The notes beneath the pieces were generated by a model. That model had not been told where the DNA came from. It worked only from the letters and a program-made list of their open reading frames with translations, and ran no database searches. A DNA stretch of 64,000 nucleotides, taken from positions 496,001 to 560,000 of the forward strand of contig OZ251249.1 in NCBI GenBank assembly GCA_965240325.2, read 5' to 3'. Shown one piece after another: positions 43,909-56,980 of the stretch. Position 1 is the first letter of the stretch. Each line of letters opens with the position of its first letter. A program made the translations under genes and the position numbers. Origin of the DNA: Rebecca billardiae RCC1528 (taxonomy: Eukaryota; Protista; Haptophyta).

Positions 43909-46900
43909 ATGCAACGGCAGCTCGAGCCAGGTGGCGACGATGGCGCCGCCGCCGGCCCGGTGGCTGAGGCGCCGTCGGCCGCGCCGCTCGTGTGGGAGAT
44001 CGCCAACACACCGCGAGGCGACGGCCCGCCGCCGCGGCTTCCCGTCCCGCGCCCGCGCCCGGCGAGTGGCGGCGGCGCGCGGCGCTCGCCGTCGCCGCCG
44101 CGCGCGCGCGCGTCGACGCCGCCGCCGCGCAGGCCATCGCCGCCCGCGCGTCGGTCGCAGCCGGCGAGCGGCGACGCTCCGGGAAGTTCATCCGCCCACC
44201 GCCCGCCCGCGCCCGGCCCTGCCGCGCCCGCGCCCAGCGGCACGCCCGCCGCAAAGCCGGGCGCCGCCCTGGGGGCCGCTGCCGCCGACGCCGTTGGCAG
44301 CGGCAAGGACACGCGGCAGATGTTCGACAAGCGCACGCTGCGCCGGGACAATGCGGAGTCGTTCGCCGAGGCGATCGCCGCGTGGCGCGAGCAGCAGCCG
44401 CCGGCCCGCGCCGCCGAGCTCGCCGCCGCCGACGCGGCCGAGCGCGGCGCCGGCGCGGGCGTCCCGCGGGCGCGGCGCGCGGCCCAAGGGCGGCACTGGC
44501 TGCGCGTGTTCGTGCGCAAGCGGCCGCTCTTCGAGCACGAGCGCGAGCGCGGCGAGTTTGACGTGATCAGCGTGCCGCGCACCGCGGGCCCCGCGCCCGC
44601 CGAGCCCGCGGAAGCGGGCGCGCCGCCGGTGCCGCCGCGCGCGGCGCCGCCCGGCCGCGGCGTGCCGCGCGCGCCGCGCGCGCTCACCGTGCACCACTGC
44701 CTGCACGAGGCGGACCTGCGCCGCATGTACGTGCGGCACGTGAGCTTCCGTGCGTCTGCCGTGTTCGACGAGGGGTCGACCAACGAGCAGGTCTACGCGC
44801 TCGCGGCGCGCGAGCTCGTCAGCCGGGTGCGCGCGCGCCGCACCCTCGCCCGGGCCGTCTCCGCGCCCTCGGCTCGCGCCGCCGCGCGCTGCTGTGCGCG
44901 CGTGCGCGGTGCCGTGGCGCGGCTGCGCGGCTCGTGGCGCGACCGCTGCCTGCGCGGCGCGTGGTGCCTGCTGGGCGCAGGTGTGCAGCGGCGGCGTCTC
45001 CACGCTCTTTTCCTTCGGGCAGACGGGCAGCGGCAAGACGCACACGTGCAACGCCATCGAGCAGCACGCTGCCCACCAGCTCTTCAACGTGCGGCGCGCC
45101 GCGCACCGCCGCCAGCACGCGGCACCACGTGGCCCCGGCGCACGCGCACGGGCACGTTTGCTCGAGTTCCCGCCTGCGATGCTTACGCCTCGCTCGGCTG
45201 CCGCCGCCCCGCGCCCCGCGCGTCCCGCGCACGCGGCCCCTCCGTCCGCGCTGTGCTGCGCTGTGCTGTGCTGTGCTGCGCTGTGCTGCGCTGCGCTGTG
45301 CTGCGCTGCGCTGCGCCGCGCTGCGCTGCGCTGCGCCGCGCTGCGCTGCGCTGCGCTGCGCTGTGCGCGTGCACCCGCCCCGCGCCACGCCGTGCGCCGT
45401 GCGCCTCGCAGGAGGTCGAGCTCGGGCGCGCAGGGGGCGGGCGCGTGCTGGGCGTGCACGTCAGCTACATCGAGCTGGCCGGCCGCAGCATCACCGACCT
45501 GCTGGCCTCGGCAGAGCAGCCGGGTGCGGGCGGGGCGGAGGGTGCGGGCGGTGTGAGCTTGCTCGATGACCGGGACGGGCGCACGCTGATCGTGGGCGCT
45601 GCCTACCGCACCGTGCGCAGCGCCGCAGAGCTGCTGGCCGCCATCAAGGTGCGCGCACACGCGCACGCACGCGCGCACCCCACGCTGCGCACCGCGCGCT
45701 CGCCTCTCCGCACTCTCTTGCCACGGCCGCTCGGCGCGCCCTCGACGTCGCGCGCCGCCGGCACCGACACGGCACGCGCTCGGTGGTCCCGGTGCGCGCC
45801 CGCCGCCTCGCGCGCGCGCGCCGACGGTCGCGCTCGCAGGTGGGCCGGAGCCGGCGCGCGACGGAGGCGACGGCGGTGAACGCAGTCTCCTCGCGCTCGC
45901 ACGCCGTCGTGCGCATCGTCGTCGAGCGGACCGAGGACGAGGACGAGGGAGAAGGCGGCGGCGGAAGCGGCGCGGCCGATGGCGGCGCGGACGGCGGGGA
46001 TGGCGCCGCCCCCGCCGCCGCCGATGCGGCGGCCGGCCGCCCGCGGCCTCCCGCCGCGCGTGACGCGCGAAAGCCCCCGCCGGCGCGCTTTGGCGCGGCT
46101 CGGGGCCCCGCCGCCGCCGCCGCCGCACGCCGCTCGCCGCAGCGGCCGCGGCCGACGTCCGCCGCCGCGCGCGCCGCGTCGCCCGCGCAGCCCGCGCGCA
46201 CGCCGGGCCGTCGCAAGTCGGCCCCGCTCTCCGGCGTCGCGCCCTCGCGCCACCGCAACGCGCTGCCGCGCGTGAGGGACGGGCAGCTCGTGCTGGTGGA
46301 CTGCGCCGGTGCGCGCTGCGGCCTCTCTGCTGCTGCGCGCCGCCACACGCCCGCGGGCGCGCGCGCGCGTGCCGCCGTGCGCGCGCCCGCCCCCTGTTCG
46401 CCCCGCTGGCGTGCGCCGCTCCGGCCAGCGCGCAGCGCGCCTGGCCTGATGCAAGGGCGGTGCCTGATGCCTGCCGGCTGCTGCCCCCGCCTGGCTGCGC
46501 GCGCGGGGCCGCAGGCACGGAGCGCAAGGAGGACTCGGCGCTGCACACGGCAGAGAGGCGGCGCGAGGTGCGTGTTGCGCCGCGCGCCTGCGTGCCGCCG
46601 GCGGGGCGGCCGCGCCCACCTGCCCACCGGGCGCAGCGCCCACGCACGGCGGCAGCAGCGGCCGTGGTGGCCGCAGCGGCAGCAGCGGCGCTGCCAGTGG
46701 CACACGCACACGCCCGCGCTCTGCTCCGCTGCTCCGCTGCTGCGCGGACCGCAGCGCCGTCCGCGCCTGCGCGCGCGCGAGCCGGAGCGATCGCCGCGCG
46801 GCCCAGCGCGCCCAGTCGTGCGGCTAGCGCGCGCTGCCCGCCCTCAGGCGCGCCTCCCCGCTCCCGCGCGCATGCGCGCGCGCGCAGGGCGCCGAGATCA

Positions 46901-47831
46901 ACGCCTCGCTGCACGCGCTGCGCGAGTGCCTGCGCGCGATCGCCGCGGCGGAGGACGGCGCCGAGGGGCGGCGGGCGAGCTTGGGCGGCGGGCGCGCGCG
47001 CACGCCCCCGCGCGGCGCGGCGCGCAGCGCCACGCCCCCGCGCCGCGGCGGCGACACGCGCGCCGTGCGCGCGCGCACGCCCGAGCGCGCGCGCGCGGGC
47101 AGCGGCGGCGGCCTGCGATTCTACCCGCGCGCGCCGAGCCCGGCGGCGGGCGGCGGCGGCGTGCTGGGCGTGCACGTGCCGTACCGCGGCTCCGTGCTCA
47201 CGCGCGTCCTCGCCGACTCGTTCACGCACGCGCGCGCGGCGGTGTGCGTGCTCGCGACCGTCTCCCCGGGCAGCTCGGACGCGGAGCATTCGCTGCACAC
47301 GCTACAGACGGTCACGGCGATGTGCGCGCTGGACGGGCAGACGACGGAGGCGAAGGAGGAGGTGGGCGCGTCCGGGGCGGGGCTGCCGCCGCCACCGCCC
47401 GCCCACCCGTCGCAGTGGACTCCGGACGAGCTGCGCGAGTGGCTCGAGACCGTCGCGGCCGGGCGGTGCGCGCCGCGCGCGCATGCGGCGCACGCGCGCA
47501 CGCACCGCGCGCGCGCGGTATGCGCGCCGCGCGGCGAGGGCCGCCCCGAGACGCCTGGCTGACCCGTGCGTGCGAGCGTGTATGCACGCTGCCCCTGTGC
47601 GCGCCCCGCAGCTTCGCCCGCCACGCCGCGTCGCTCCCGTCCTCGCTGGACGGCAAGATCCTCACGCGCATGCCCGCGGCGCACTTCTCCTTCCGGCTGT
47701 GCGGCGGGGACAAGCGCGCGGGCGACGCGGTGTTCCGCGCGCTGAAGGCGGAGATCGAGCGCGTGAATGAGCTCAAGGCGGCGTACCAGGAGCAGATGCG
47801 CGACCAACGCCACGCGCGTGGCCGCGCGTAG
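43909..47831 (+). CDS. Kinesin-13-like motor protein with SAM-like C-terminal domain
   Basis: RVFVRKRPL..E....EFDVI, FGQTGSGKTHT, SSRSHA, LVDCAGTER, GAEINASLHALRECLRA and HVPYRGSVLTRVLADSF across about 7 exons. Confidence 0.88.
45250..45365. repeat. Intronic (GCTGY)n pentamer repeat
   Basis: Tandem GCTGT/GCTGC units. Confidence 0.9.
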
Positions 47832-48202
47832 GCAGCCCGGGGCGGCCGTCAGACCACGGCCGAGGCCGCCATTGCCATTAGCCGCTCTCGATTTACGAGC
47901 TGCGTAGTGAAATGATACGCGTCGTAAATCTTTCGTCTCTTTCGTCAGCGCACTTTCCGGCGGCCGCACCGGGCCGGTAGGCCGTGCTCAAAATTCGCGC
48001 CCGGACTCTCATCACGCGGTCGTCGACGTCCGAAATCATGCTCGGAAAGCGCGTCGGCGGTCGTCATCTTGATCTCAGATCGGAGGAGGCTTGCCGCGGC
48101 GGGCTGTTCAGCTTTGGGCAGTGGCAGCTCCAGCGAGCAAGAGGCCCGCCCCGCCCGCGGCGAGCTCCCGGCCCTTCCCGAGCCGCGCACGCGCCGCGCG
48201 CG

Positions 48203-50082
48203 ATGGGTTGCGGCACGAGCAAGCCGCCCGCCTCGGCCGAGCTGGCCGACAACGCCAAGCCCGACGACACCGAGGCCGCGCTGCCCGCCGACCAGCAGCG
48301 GAGCGACGCGCCAGAGGACCCGTTTGCGCCGACGCTCTCGGACGCGGAGAAGCGGCTGGTGGACGTGCAGCCGCGGCTGGAGTCCGCGGAGGTGGTGGAC
48401 CCGGCGTTCCGGACCAACTGGGCCGAGGGCATCCCGCCGCCCACCGCCGGGCCCGACCCCACCGCCTCCGCGCTCGTGCGCGGCCTCGCGTCCATCTCAA
48501 ACACCACGCCCTCGTACGCGCGGCTGAAGCGGCTGCACGACAACGTGCTCGCGCTGCTCATCTTCGCGCTGGACATCCGGCTGTGCGTGGAGGTACTCTT
48601 CGAGGGCTCCGGCGACTTCGCCTTCGACACGATCTGCGCCCTCCTGCTTGGCGCGACGCTGCAGTGGTGGTGGACCGGAGAGTACATGGGCAGCTGGACG
48701 ACGCTTGGCTACACCACGGGCTGGGAGATGGTCGGGCAGGTGCGCGCGCGGAGGGGGCGCGCGCGCGCGGCGGGCGCGCGGGCGAGGGCGTGCGCGCGGG
48801 GGGGGGGGGGCTGCTCGGCCACGTGGGCGCGGCCACGCACCGCGCGCGCGGCTGGCACCCGCGCTGCACCCGTCGCCCCGTGTGGGCATGTGGGGGCGGC
48901 TGGCTGACTGCCTGACTGACTGGCTGACTGCGTGACTGACTGGCTGACTGACTGACTGCCGCTGCATGGGCGCCGCTGCTGCGTGCGTGTGCCCGCAGAT
49001 GCTCGTGTACGGGCCGTTCGGCATCCCGTTCCTCGACCTGATCTGCCTGCTGCACACGCTCAACCTCGCGCACCACCTCAACCGCCTCCCCTCTCCGGAC
49101 TTCTTCAAGCTGCCCACGCTGCCCACGCTCGAGGGGCGCGGCTTCTTCGGCTCGTACCCGCCGTCGAGGCTGATGGCGCTCGCGCTGGGCGAGTGCGTGC
49201 CCGTGCTCGTGCTGCGGCTGTGGATGCCGATCAAGTCGTGGTTCAAGGCGGGGGGCGTCACGCACGACTACGACGTGGCGGACTGGCTCGCGCTCGCGCT
49301 GCAGCTCTACTGCGTGCTGCTGTGCGCGTATCGCATCTTCCGCGGCTCGCTGGCGGCGCAGCTCTCGCCGCTCGAGTACTTCCAGCTGGGCGTGTACGAC
49401 ATGGGCGCGCGCATCCCCGTGCTCGCCTTCCACACCAACACGCTCAGCACGTACGAGCTTGCGTACCAGCCGCCCGCGGCCAAGCGCCGCGTGCTCGCGC
49501 TCGCGATCGCGCCCAACCGCTCGCTCGTCTCCGTGCGGCTCGCGGGCACCAAGATGGGCTCGGAGGAGGCGGAGCAGCTGGCCGTGCTGGTCGTGGGCAG
49601 CACCACGCTGCGCGAGCTCGACGTGTCCGACTGCATCGTGGACGAGCGCGGCGCCCTCGCCATCAACGAGGCGCTCAAGGCGAACTACACGCTCGAGGTG
49701 CTCTCGCTCAAGTGCGTGCACGACACGCCACGCGCGCACGCCACGCCACGCGCACACGCGACGCGACGCGACGCGACGCGACGCGACGCGACGCGACGCG
49801 ACGCCACGCGACGCGACGCCACGCCACGCGACGCGACGCGACGCGACGTGATGCGCGCGCTCACGCGGCCCCATGGCGCGCGCGCTGCGCTGCACTCCTC
49901 CGTCCACCAGGGACAACGACATCACCGAGCCGACCAAGGCCATCCTGCGCGACACGTGGGCGCACGCGTCCAAGCCCGCGCCCAAGGGTCTGGTCAAGCT
50001 GCAGATCAAAAAGGCGGCCACCGAGGGCGACAGCGAGCACGCGAGCGCAAACGAGCGGCCGCAGGAAAACCTGCTGCTCTGA
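48203..50082 (+). CDS. Probable dually acylated multi-pass membrane protein with C-terminal LRRs
   Basis: Starts MGCGTS. Exons 48203-48739, 48999-49711 and 49911-50082. Several hydrophobic helices, then LRELDVSDCIVDERGALAI and LEVLSLKDNDI. Confidence 0.75.
49735..49848. repeat. Intronic (ACGCG/ACGCC)n pentamer repeat
   Basis: Tandem pentamers. Confidence 0.9.
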
Positions 50083-51441
50083 CCCTGACCCTCACCCTAA
50101 CCTAGGCCGCAGGAACGCCTGCTGCTCTGACGCGCCGCTCTGACGCGCCACGCCGTGCGTCCTCGCGCCCGGGCTGGGCGCGCTCGGCAGCGGCCTGTCG
50201 CCGAGGCCGCGCCGCCCGACGTCGACGAGCGGCGAGGCCCGAGGATGGCCACCGGCTCGTCGCGTTGCAGGGCTCCATGACGTGCCGTGCACGCTCGAAC
50301 GCGATCCGCTCTGTGGCGCGCTGTGCGGCTGCCGTGCCGGCGCCCCGCGGGCCACTGCCGGCGCCTCCGCACACGACGACGCCGAAGCGCACGCGGCAGC
50401 GGCGATAGAATCGGATGATCGGCTGATGTGCTGCAATGTGCTGCTGATGGCGCACGGCCGCACGCACGCCGCCGGACGGGGGCGGAGCAGCTCTCCGCCC
50501 GCGTGCCGCATCATCAGAAGTGGCCACTGCTGCTTGCTGTCCGCTGCCGCGTCGTCATTCGAGGCCTCGCATGGCGCAGTGGTGGCGACGGCGCGGCCCG
50601 TGTATTGCCTATTGAGTATTGGGCAATTGGCGCTCTCGGCCCTGCGGCCGCCGCGCGGCCGCGCGGCCGCGCGACGGAGCGTGATCGCAGGCTGCTGCTA
50701 CCTGCACTGCTACGTCTCTTCCGCCGGCGCGCGCGTTTTTGATGGCGCGCGCAGTGCAGCGCTATAGCAGGCCTATATATGTATACTCATAGCAATAACC
50801 GGCGCTGCCGATATCAGATGAGTGACTACGGTCGATATGAGTATGACGGCACGGCCGGCGCCGGAGCAGACTGAGTCTGACGAGACCGGCGCCTGATCAT
50901 CTGACTCTGAGGCAGTGACTCTGACAGTCGTCTCTGCTGATGACCGTCTGACGAGTCTCAGTCTGACTGATGAATCAGCACTGTCGATCGCGGCATCATC
51001 ATACATGACATCGTCATCATCATGCGCGCTACTACGTATACGCATCAGCATCATCATCATCAGTCTGATTATGACTGCTGCCGATGATGCTGTCGACGTA
51101 CGGAATATAGCCCGAATATAGGCGTACGCGCGCGACTACAATAACACGACGACCGTGGCGCCGGTGCCGATCTGCCCAGGCGGACGTGACGATCACGACG
51201 CCGAGCTGCTTGGCCTTGATGCGCCGGGCGGTCACCAGACACCATGCATTACGCCGTACGCGCGACGCAATACGCATGCGCGTTCCTTATGCGCGCCGTC
51301 TGTATCACCATATCGCGTTGTGAATTTTGAGTGATGTTTGCTTGCGCGCTGCGGACCGGCGGCGCCGGCGCGGCATCCGAGGGCGGTGCCGCCGAGCCAT
51401 GCCGTCGCGAGGCGCCCCTCGCGCCCAGCGCCCCGCGCCGC

Positions 51442-52676
51442 TCAGCGCAGCACGAGGCTGCGGCCGCGCGCCGCGCTCTGCACGACGCGCTCAAAGGTGC
51501 CCATCACCTCGGCCGCGCGCCGCCCCTCGTCGGTGCCGTACGCGGGCAGGGCGGAGAGCGCCTCGTTCGCGCTCCTGGCCGCCATGTTCTGCAGCAGGCC
51601 GAGCGAGAGGGCCGGCGTGATCGACGGCGCGGGGTGCATGCACGTGAAGCCGTCCGCCAGGTCGAGCCGGAAGCGGAAGCCGCGCAGCACCGGCTGCAGC
51701 CGCACCACAAAGCCGCTCTCGGGGCTGTCCAGCGCCTCCGCTGCGGCCAGCAGCTCGCGATTCATCGCGATCGCGTACTCGTCCGCGCCGTCGACCGAGT
51801 TGGAGGCGCCGCCGGAGAGCGTTCGCTGCCACGTGGTCATCTGGAACTTGCACCATCGCGACTGCTCGTGCACGCTGCGGGCGCGGAGGGGGCGGGGGGA
51901 GGGCAGGGGGCGGGGCGCTCAGCCGGGCCGGGGTCGCGCGCGCAGCGTGCGCCGGGCGCGGTCGGCGCGCGCGCGCACCGAGTGAGCGAGGAGGGGTGCT
52001 CGGAGAAGGCGAGGATGTTGACGTATGTCCGGCCGGGCATGTCGGCGCGCAGCTTCTCCAGCGCGCGGCGCAGCTCCTCCCCCTGCTTGCGCGCGTTGCG
52101 CGGCGTCCAGAACTGATCGCCCCACGAGGCGAGTACGGTGAGCACCTTCCACCCCTCCTGCACGGCGGGCGGGTAGCGCGTGCGCACCCACTGGCAGAGG
52201 TCGACGGCCTGCTGCAGCAGCGTGTTCGGGTGCGCCCGCTGACCCGGCTCGCCGTCCGTCGGCAGCGTCGCGCCGTCCACCGCCGCGTTGAGGCCGCACT
52301 CGCGCGGCTTGACGACGCACGGCTCGCGCATCGGCGTCATCCCTGAGGACACGCCGGCGAGGGCCGGGTTGTAGCGGCGCAGGAGCGTGGCGAGCGTCTC
52401 GACGGGGCGCGCTCCCGGCGCGACGATCCCGTCGCCCGTCGTCCACGCGCCGCCGCGATAGTCGTTCGACACTTTCTGCAGCTCGAACGGGCGCGAGTAG
52501 CCGGGCGCGTTGAAGCCCGTCATCCACGAGTCGCCCATCGCCATCACGGCGACGACGTCGGTGGCGTTGACGCCGGCGAAGGGCTTGCGCGTCTGCACCA
52601 TCTTGCTCGGGCCGAGGCCCTCAACCACCCCTGTCGTCGCCAGGTACGTCGCGATGGCGAGCATCGCGTGCGACAT
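51442..52676 (-). CDS. Secreted phospholipase B1-like SGNH/GDSL hydrolase
   Basis: Exons 52676-51979 and 51874-51442. Motifs VMAMGDSWMTG, YRG.AWTTG, TLATLLRRYNPAL.G, LNAAVDGA, WKVLTV, VRLQP and CMHP. Confidence 0.8.
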
Positions 52677-52882
52677 CGACGACGCGTCCTCCCCCTGCTG
52701 GCGCACGGGCGTCGCGATGCGCACCAGGCAGAGGTCCAGCAGATACGCGCGCTGGAGCAGTTCGGTACTTGGCAGCGCCTATTAGCAGGCCTATTAGGGC
52801 GGGTAGTTTGCGCCGCCTCAACTGCTCCGGCCGCGTCAATCTGAAGCCTCACTTACGTCCAGCTCGCCCGGCACGGAATACG

Positions 52883-53209
52883 ATGCCGCTCGTCAAGATC
52901 TACGCGCTGCGCGGCACGACGCTGCCGCTGAGCTCGCTGCAGCGCGCGCTGTGCGAGGTGTGGGGCACGAAGCCGATCACGACCAAGCTGATGCTCAGCC
53001 ACGTGGAGGACTGGACCTCCGTCGAGGGCGAGCAGGTGTACGTCGACATCCGCGCCAAGGCGACGCCTGACCGCACGCGCGAGGCGGTGATGGAGAACAT
53101 GGAGCGCGTGCAGGGCGTGTTCGCGCAGCACGGCTTCGTCGCAAACGTCAGGCTCGAGACGTATGAGGCGGGAAGCTACTTCCACAGGCCCCCAGCGCCG
53201 AAGCAGTGA
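52883..53209 (+). CDS. Tautomerase-superfamily-like protein (N-terminal Pro), 108 aa
   Basis: Starts M-P-LVKIY. Apparent duplicated beta-alpha-beta pattern with VYVDIRAKATPDRT. Confidence 0.6.
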   Translation: MPLVKIYALRGTTLPLSSLQRALCEVWGTKPITTKLMLSHVEDWTSVEGEQVYVDIRAKATPDRTREAVMENMERVQGVFAQHGFVANVRLETYEAGSYFHRPPAPKQ

Positions 53210-53544
53210 GCAGGCCTGCGGCCGCTGCCCTCACCCCGAACTGCCGCGAAGCAGTCGGACCATAGCTGCAGGTGCATGCATGCGGTGGATCCGCTTGCAG
53301 TACGGCCCGTCAATTTAAGAGGCCTCAGGCGGAACCAGACGACGGGTCGTCGGCTTCCGAGCAGTCGGCCGCACAGTGCCCGGTCACTTGATGACGACGT
53401 CTGGACCGGTGTCAACCCGCTGCGATCCGGCCTGGTGAGTTATGACATTCAACTTATCAGTAACTGCTGAATATACTACGGTATTTATATATTCCGATAA
53501 GTCCGCGGCAGGCAGGCGCCGATACTACCGCCGGCGTTATATAT

Positions 53545-53865
53545 TAACGACGTGGTATGCAACGGGCAGGCGTCACTAGTCAGCAAGCTGTAGCAGCAGA
53601 TCGAGCAGCAGAGACAAACACCAGGATCAGCGCTCCTCCGGCCGTCGTCCCCCCGCCCCCCTCGTAGTCGCCCATCACTCCATCGCCGAGCGGAAGCTCG
53701 ACGCACCGTCTGGCGTCGACGCGCGCGCGCCACCGCGGTGGTCGCGGTGCCACGCGTCGTCAGCCGTCGTCTCGAAGTAGCTAGTCGTCGTATGCAGCGC
53801 CCCCGCGGGCGCGTGCCGCCCCGGGCGCACGTGCGCCATGCGCGCGCGCGGGGCGATGAGCATCT
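53545..53865 (-). mobile_element. Second, shorter 5'-truncated copy of the RLE retrotransposon
   Basis: Aligns to 22462-22765 with the same 3' end. Flanked by TATATA and by a degenerate TA tract at 53866-53920. Confidence 0.9.
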
Positions 53866-53949
53866 ATATAGATATCTATATATCTATATATCTATATATC
53901 TATATATCTATACATATATCAATGATGATGAATAATAAGTCTAAGACTT

Positions 53950-54210
53950 GAGTAGAGTAAGGTAGGCGGTGGGCGCCCGGAGTAAGGTAAGGTAGGTGAG
54001 CGCAGTACGGGGGGGCGCAGTAGGGGGGCGCAGTAGGTGGGCACAGTACTGGTGGGCGCAGTACGGGTAGTATAACTCGGACTAGGAATTTGAGCAGGCG
54101 CGCAGCATGTGGGCCAGCCGAGCACGGCACGGGTGGGACGGCAGCAGGTGGCCGAGCAGCAGGTGCGGGAGCAGCAGGTGGCGGGAGCAGTGGCGCAGCA
54201 GGTGGGGCCA
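53950..54210. repeat. Mixed short tandem repeats
   Basis: GTAAG/GTAGG, GGGCGCAGTA and GAGCAGCAGGTG units. Confidence 0.7.
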
Positions 54211-54651
54211 GTGGGCGGGTGCGCCGGTGCGGTGCGGTGGCGCCGCAAGCTGGGCGGCGACAGCGCGAGCGGGCGGCGGCAGCCCGTGGCCGCCCGTCCG
54301 TCATCACTGGACACTGGTGGCCGGCCCACTCAACGCTGGCGGGGAGTGGGGGCCGCTGGGGCAGCGTTTGCGCGCGCGCGTCGTCTGACGACGATCGATG
54401 ACGACGACAATTATTCTATAGCTCTATCTGCTGATGACGGCGATTAATGACGGGCCGGAGCCCGGAGCCCGGAGACCGGAGACCGACGCGCGCCCGGCGT
54501 CGGCCCAAACGGCAGCAGTGTCACAGCCGTCGCAGCACGGACTGCCACGGACGCTGCCGCTCAGGCGAGTGCCGGCGTCACGGAGTGGGCACGGCATGCC
54601 CCGGCGCGCGGCGTCAGAGCCCACACGCTTCGCACGGCGCATCATGTCTCA

Positions 54652-56926
54652 TCATGACGAGGTGCGCTGCGGGGGTGTCCGCGGCGCGGCCGAGGGCGAG
54701 GCGTCGGGGGGCGGGGTGCGCGCCGCCGCGCCGCCACCGCTCCCGGGCGCCGCGCCGCCCGGGCCCGCATCTGGCGTGCTCTGCTGCGCGGCTGGTCGGA
54801 GGCCTGGGCGCGCACCGCCCGGCGAGGAGCGGATGCGGCCGTGGTCGGCCAGCTCGCCCGGCCGGCGCCAGGGCGGGTGGGGCACGCTGGGCGGCGAGGG
54901 CCGATGCGGGCCCAGCGCCGGCGCGCCGGCTGCGCCCGGGGCTGGCGCAGACGGCGGCGGCAGCGCGCGCTCCGCCGGCCCGGGCGGCGGCGGCGCGCGC
55001 GCGGACGCGTCGACGGCAAGCGCGGCGGCGGCAGCCTCGACGGCCGGGCGTGGCGCGGCGCCGCCCGCTGCGGGCTCGGGGCGCGGCGCCGGCTGCGGCG
55101 CCGCGCCCGCCGGCGGCGTGCCGCGCCGCGTGTCGGCCGTGCCGCCTTGCTTCTCAACGCCACCACCGCCCGCCTGCGGCGCGTGCGCGTGCGCGTACGC
55201 CGCGCCCTGCGGGCCGTGCGCGCGCGTGCGCAGGTCCGCGTCCGTGAGCGCGCCGGTCGCGCCCGCCTCCACCGCCAGTGCCACGAGCTCATCCCTGCGG
55301 GCGCGGCGCGCGTGCGCGCGCGCGCGGCGCGGGGCGGCACGCGCGTCACGCGCGATCGGCCGTGGCCACCGGCGGGCGAGCGGCGCGCGCGCGGAGGTGG
55401 CGTGCGGGGTGGCCGCGCCTCGGCTCGCGCGCGCCGCGCGCGCGCGCACCTGTCCACCGCGCCGCGCGTGTCGACGCCGCGCGCGGCGAGTGCCGATCGG
55501 ATGGCGGCGGCGGAGCCGGCGCGCGCGATGGCGGGCGGGCCTGCGCCGCCGCGCGCCGAGCCAGAGCCCAGCACGGCGCGCGCGCTGAGCTGCCCGTCGC
55601 GCGCGCCCGCGCGCTGCTGCAGCCTCGGCCGCGCGCTCGCGCTCGCCGCGCGCGCCGCCGCGGCCGCGAGCGCGCGCGAGTGCGCGCTCATCTCCACGCC
55701 GCCGCCGCCGCCCTCCGCGCCGCCGTCCGCGCCGTCATCAGGCAGCAGCGAGCTGAGCAGCACACAACACAGGCAGGTGAGCGGCACGCACAGCGCGGCG
55801 CCGAGCAGCGCGAGCAGCGGGCTGAGCGCGGCCGTGTACCGCACGAGACCGCCCTCCGTGTCGCCCGTCGCGGCGGCGAGCGCCGCGGCGGCGTCCGCGT
55901 CCGACTCCGCCGCCGCGCCTCCGCTCTCGCCGAGCGCCGCATAGCCGCGGCACGCGCCGCCGACGGTGCCGCCGAGCGCGGCGTGCTGCCCCGCAGCGAC
56001 GGTGAGCAGCACGGCGCAGATGAGCAGCAGCAGCAGCCCCATGCAGCCGAGCATCAGCGGCAGCAGCGCGATCTGCCGGTCCGGCACCGCCGCCACCTGC
56101 GGGGGACGGCGCCAAGGGCGGGCGGGGCGGCGCGGCGCGTGTGAGCGCCACCTCGCGCGTGCGCACGTGTGCGCGCGCGCTGTCTCGCTGTGTGCGCGCG
56201 CGCGCCACGCACCATCCTGAGCAGGTTGAGCAGCTGCACCGGCACGAGCAGCCACAGCGGCAGCGTGGCCACGCCCGAGGGCACCCCCGGCAGCAGCCCG
56301 TCCGCTGAGAGGCCGGCCAGCAGCACCTGCGACCACACGCACACGCACACGCACACGCACACGCACACCACACGCACACGCACACGCACACGCGGTGCCA
56401 ACGGCGGCGGCGGTGGGTGGGTGAGCGTACGCGGGGCGGGGCGGCGCCGCGCGGGGCGGGCGGGAGCGCGCTGCTGCGCTGCTGCGCGCAGACCTGTAGG
56501 AACCAGAGCGCAGCACCCGCGCAGTCAACGACTGCAGCAAACGTGGACGCACCGCCGCCTGGCCCGGGCGCCGCGCCACCGCCCCACGCCGCCTCCGAGC
56601 CGGCGTCCGAGTCGACGTCACTCGCGGCGCCGCCCGGGGTGGAGTGCGCGCCGACGCCGTGCGAGCCGTCGGCGCCAGCGCCGCCGCCGTCCGCGCTGCC
56701 GCCGCCGCCGCCGCCGTCCGCGCCGCCGCCGCCGCCGCCGGCCGCGGCGCCGGTCGCGGACGGCGCGGCGGATGGCGACGCGGCCGCCGCGGCCGCAGTC
56801 GGCGGCCGCGGGGGCCCCGACCACGCGCCGGGCCCTGAGCCAGGGCCGCGCCACGCAGAGCTGCCTGCGCGCGGGTCGCACCGGCCGGCATCCGCGCCGC
56901 TCCCGCCGCCGCTCCCGCCGCCGTTC

Positions 56927-56980
<54 letters not shown>

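Noticed and set aside
50282-50767. 161-aa ORF
   Set aside because: No family motif; grades into scrambled intergenic sequence.
10076-52676. Oxylipin gene cluster (P450 plus lipase) or ciliary cluster (CFAP97, centrin, kinesin-13)
   Set aside because: The genes are far apart or interspersed with unrelated genes; no evidence of co-regulation.
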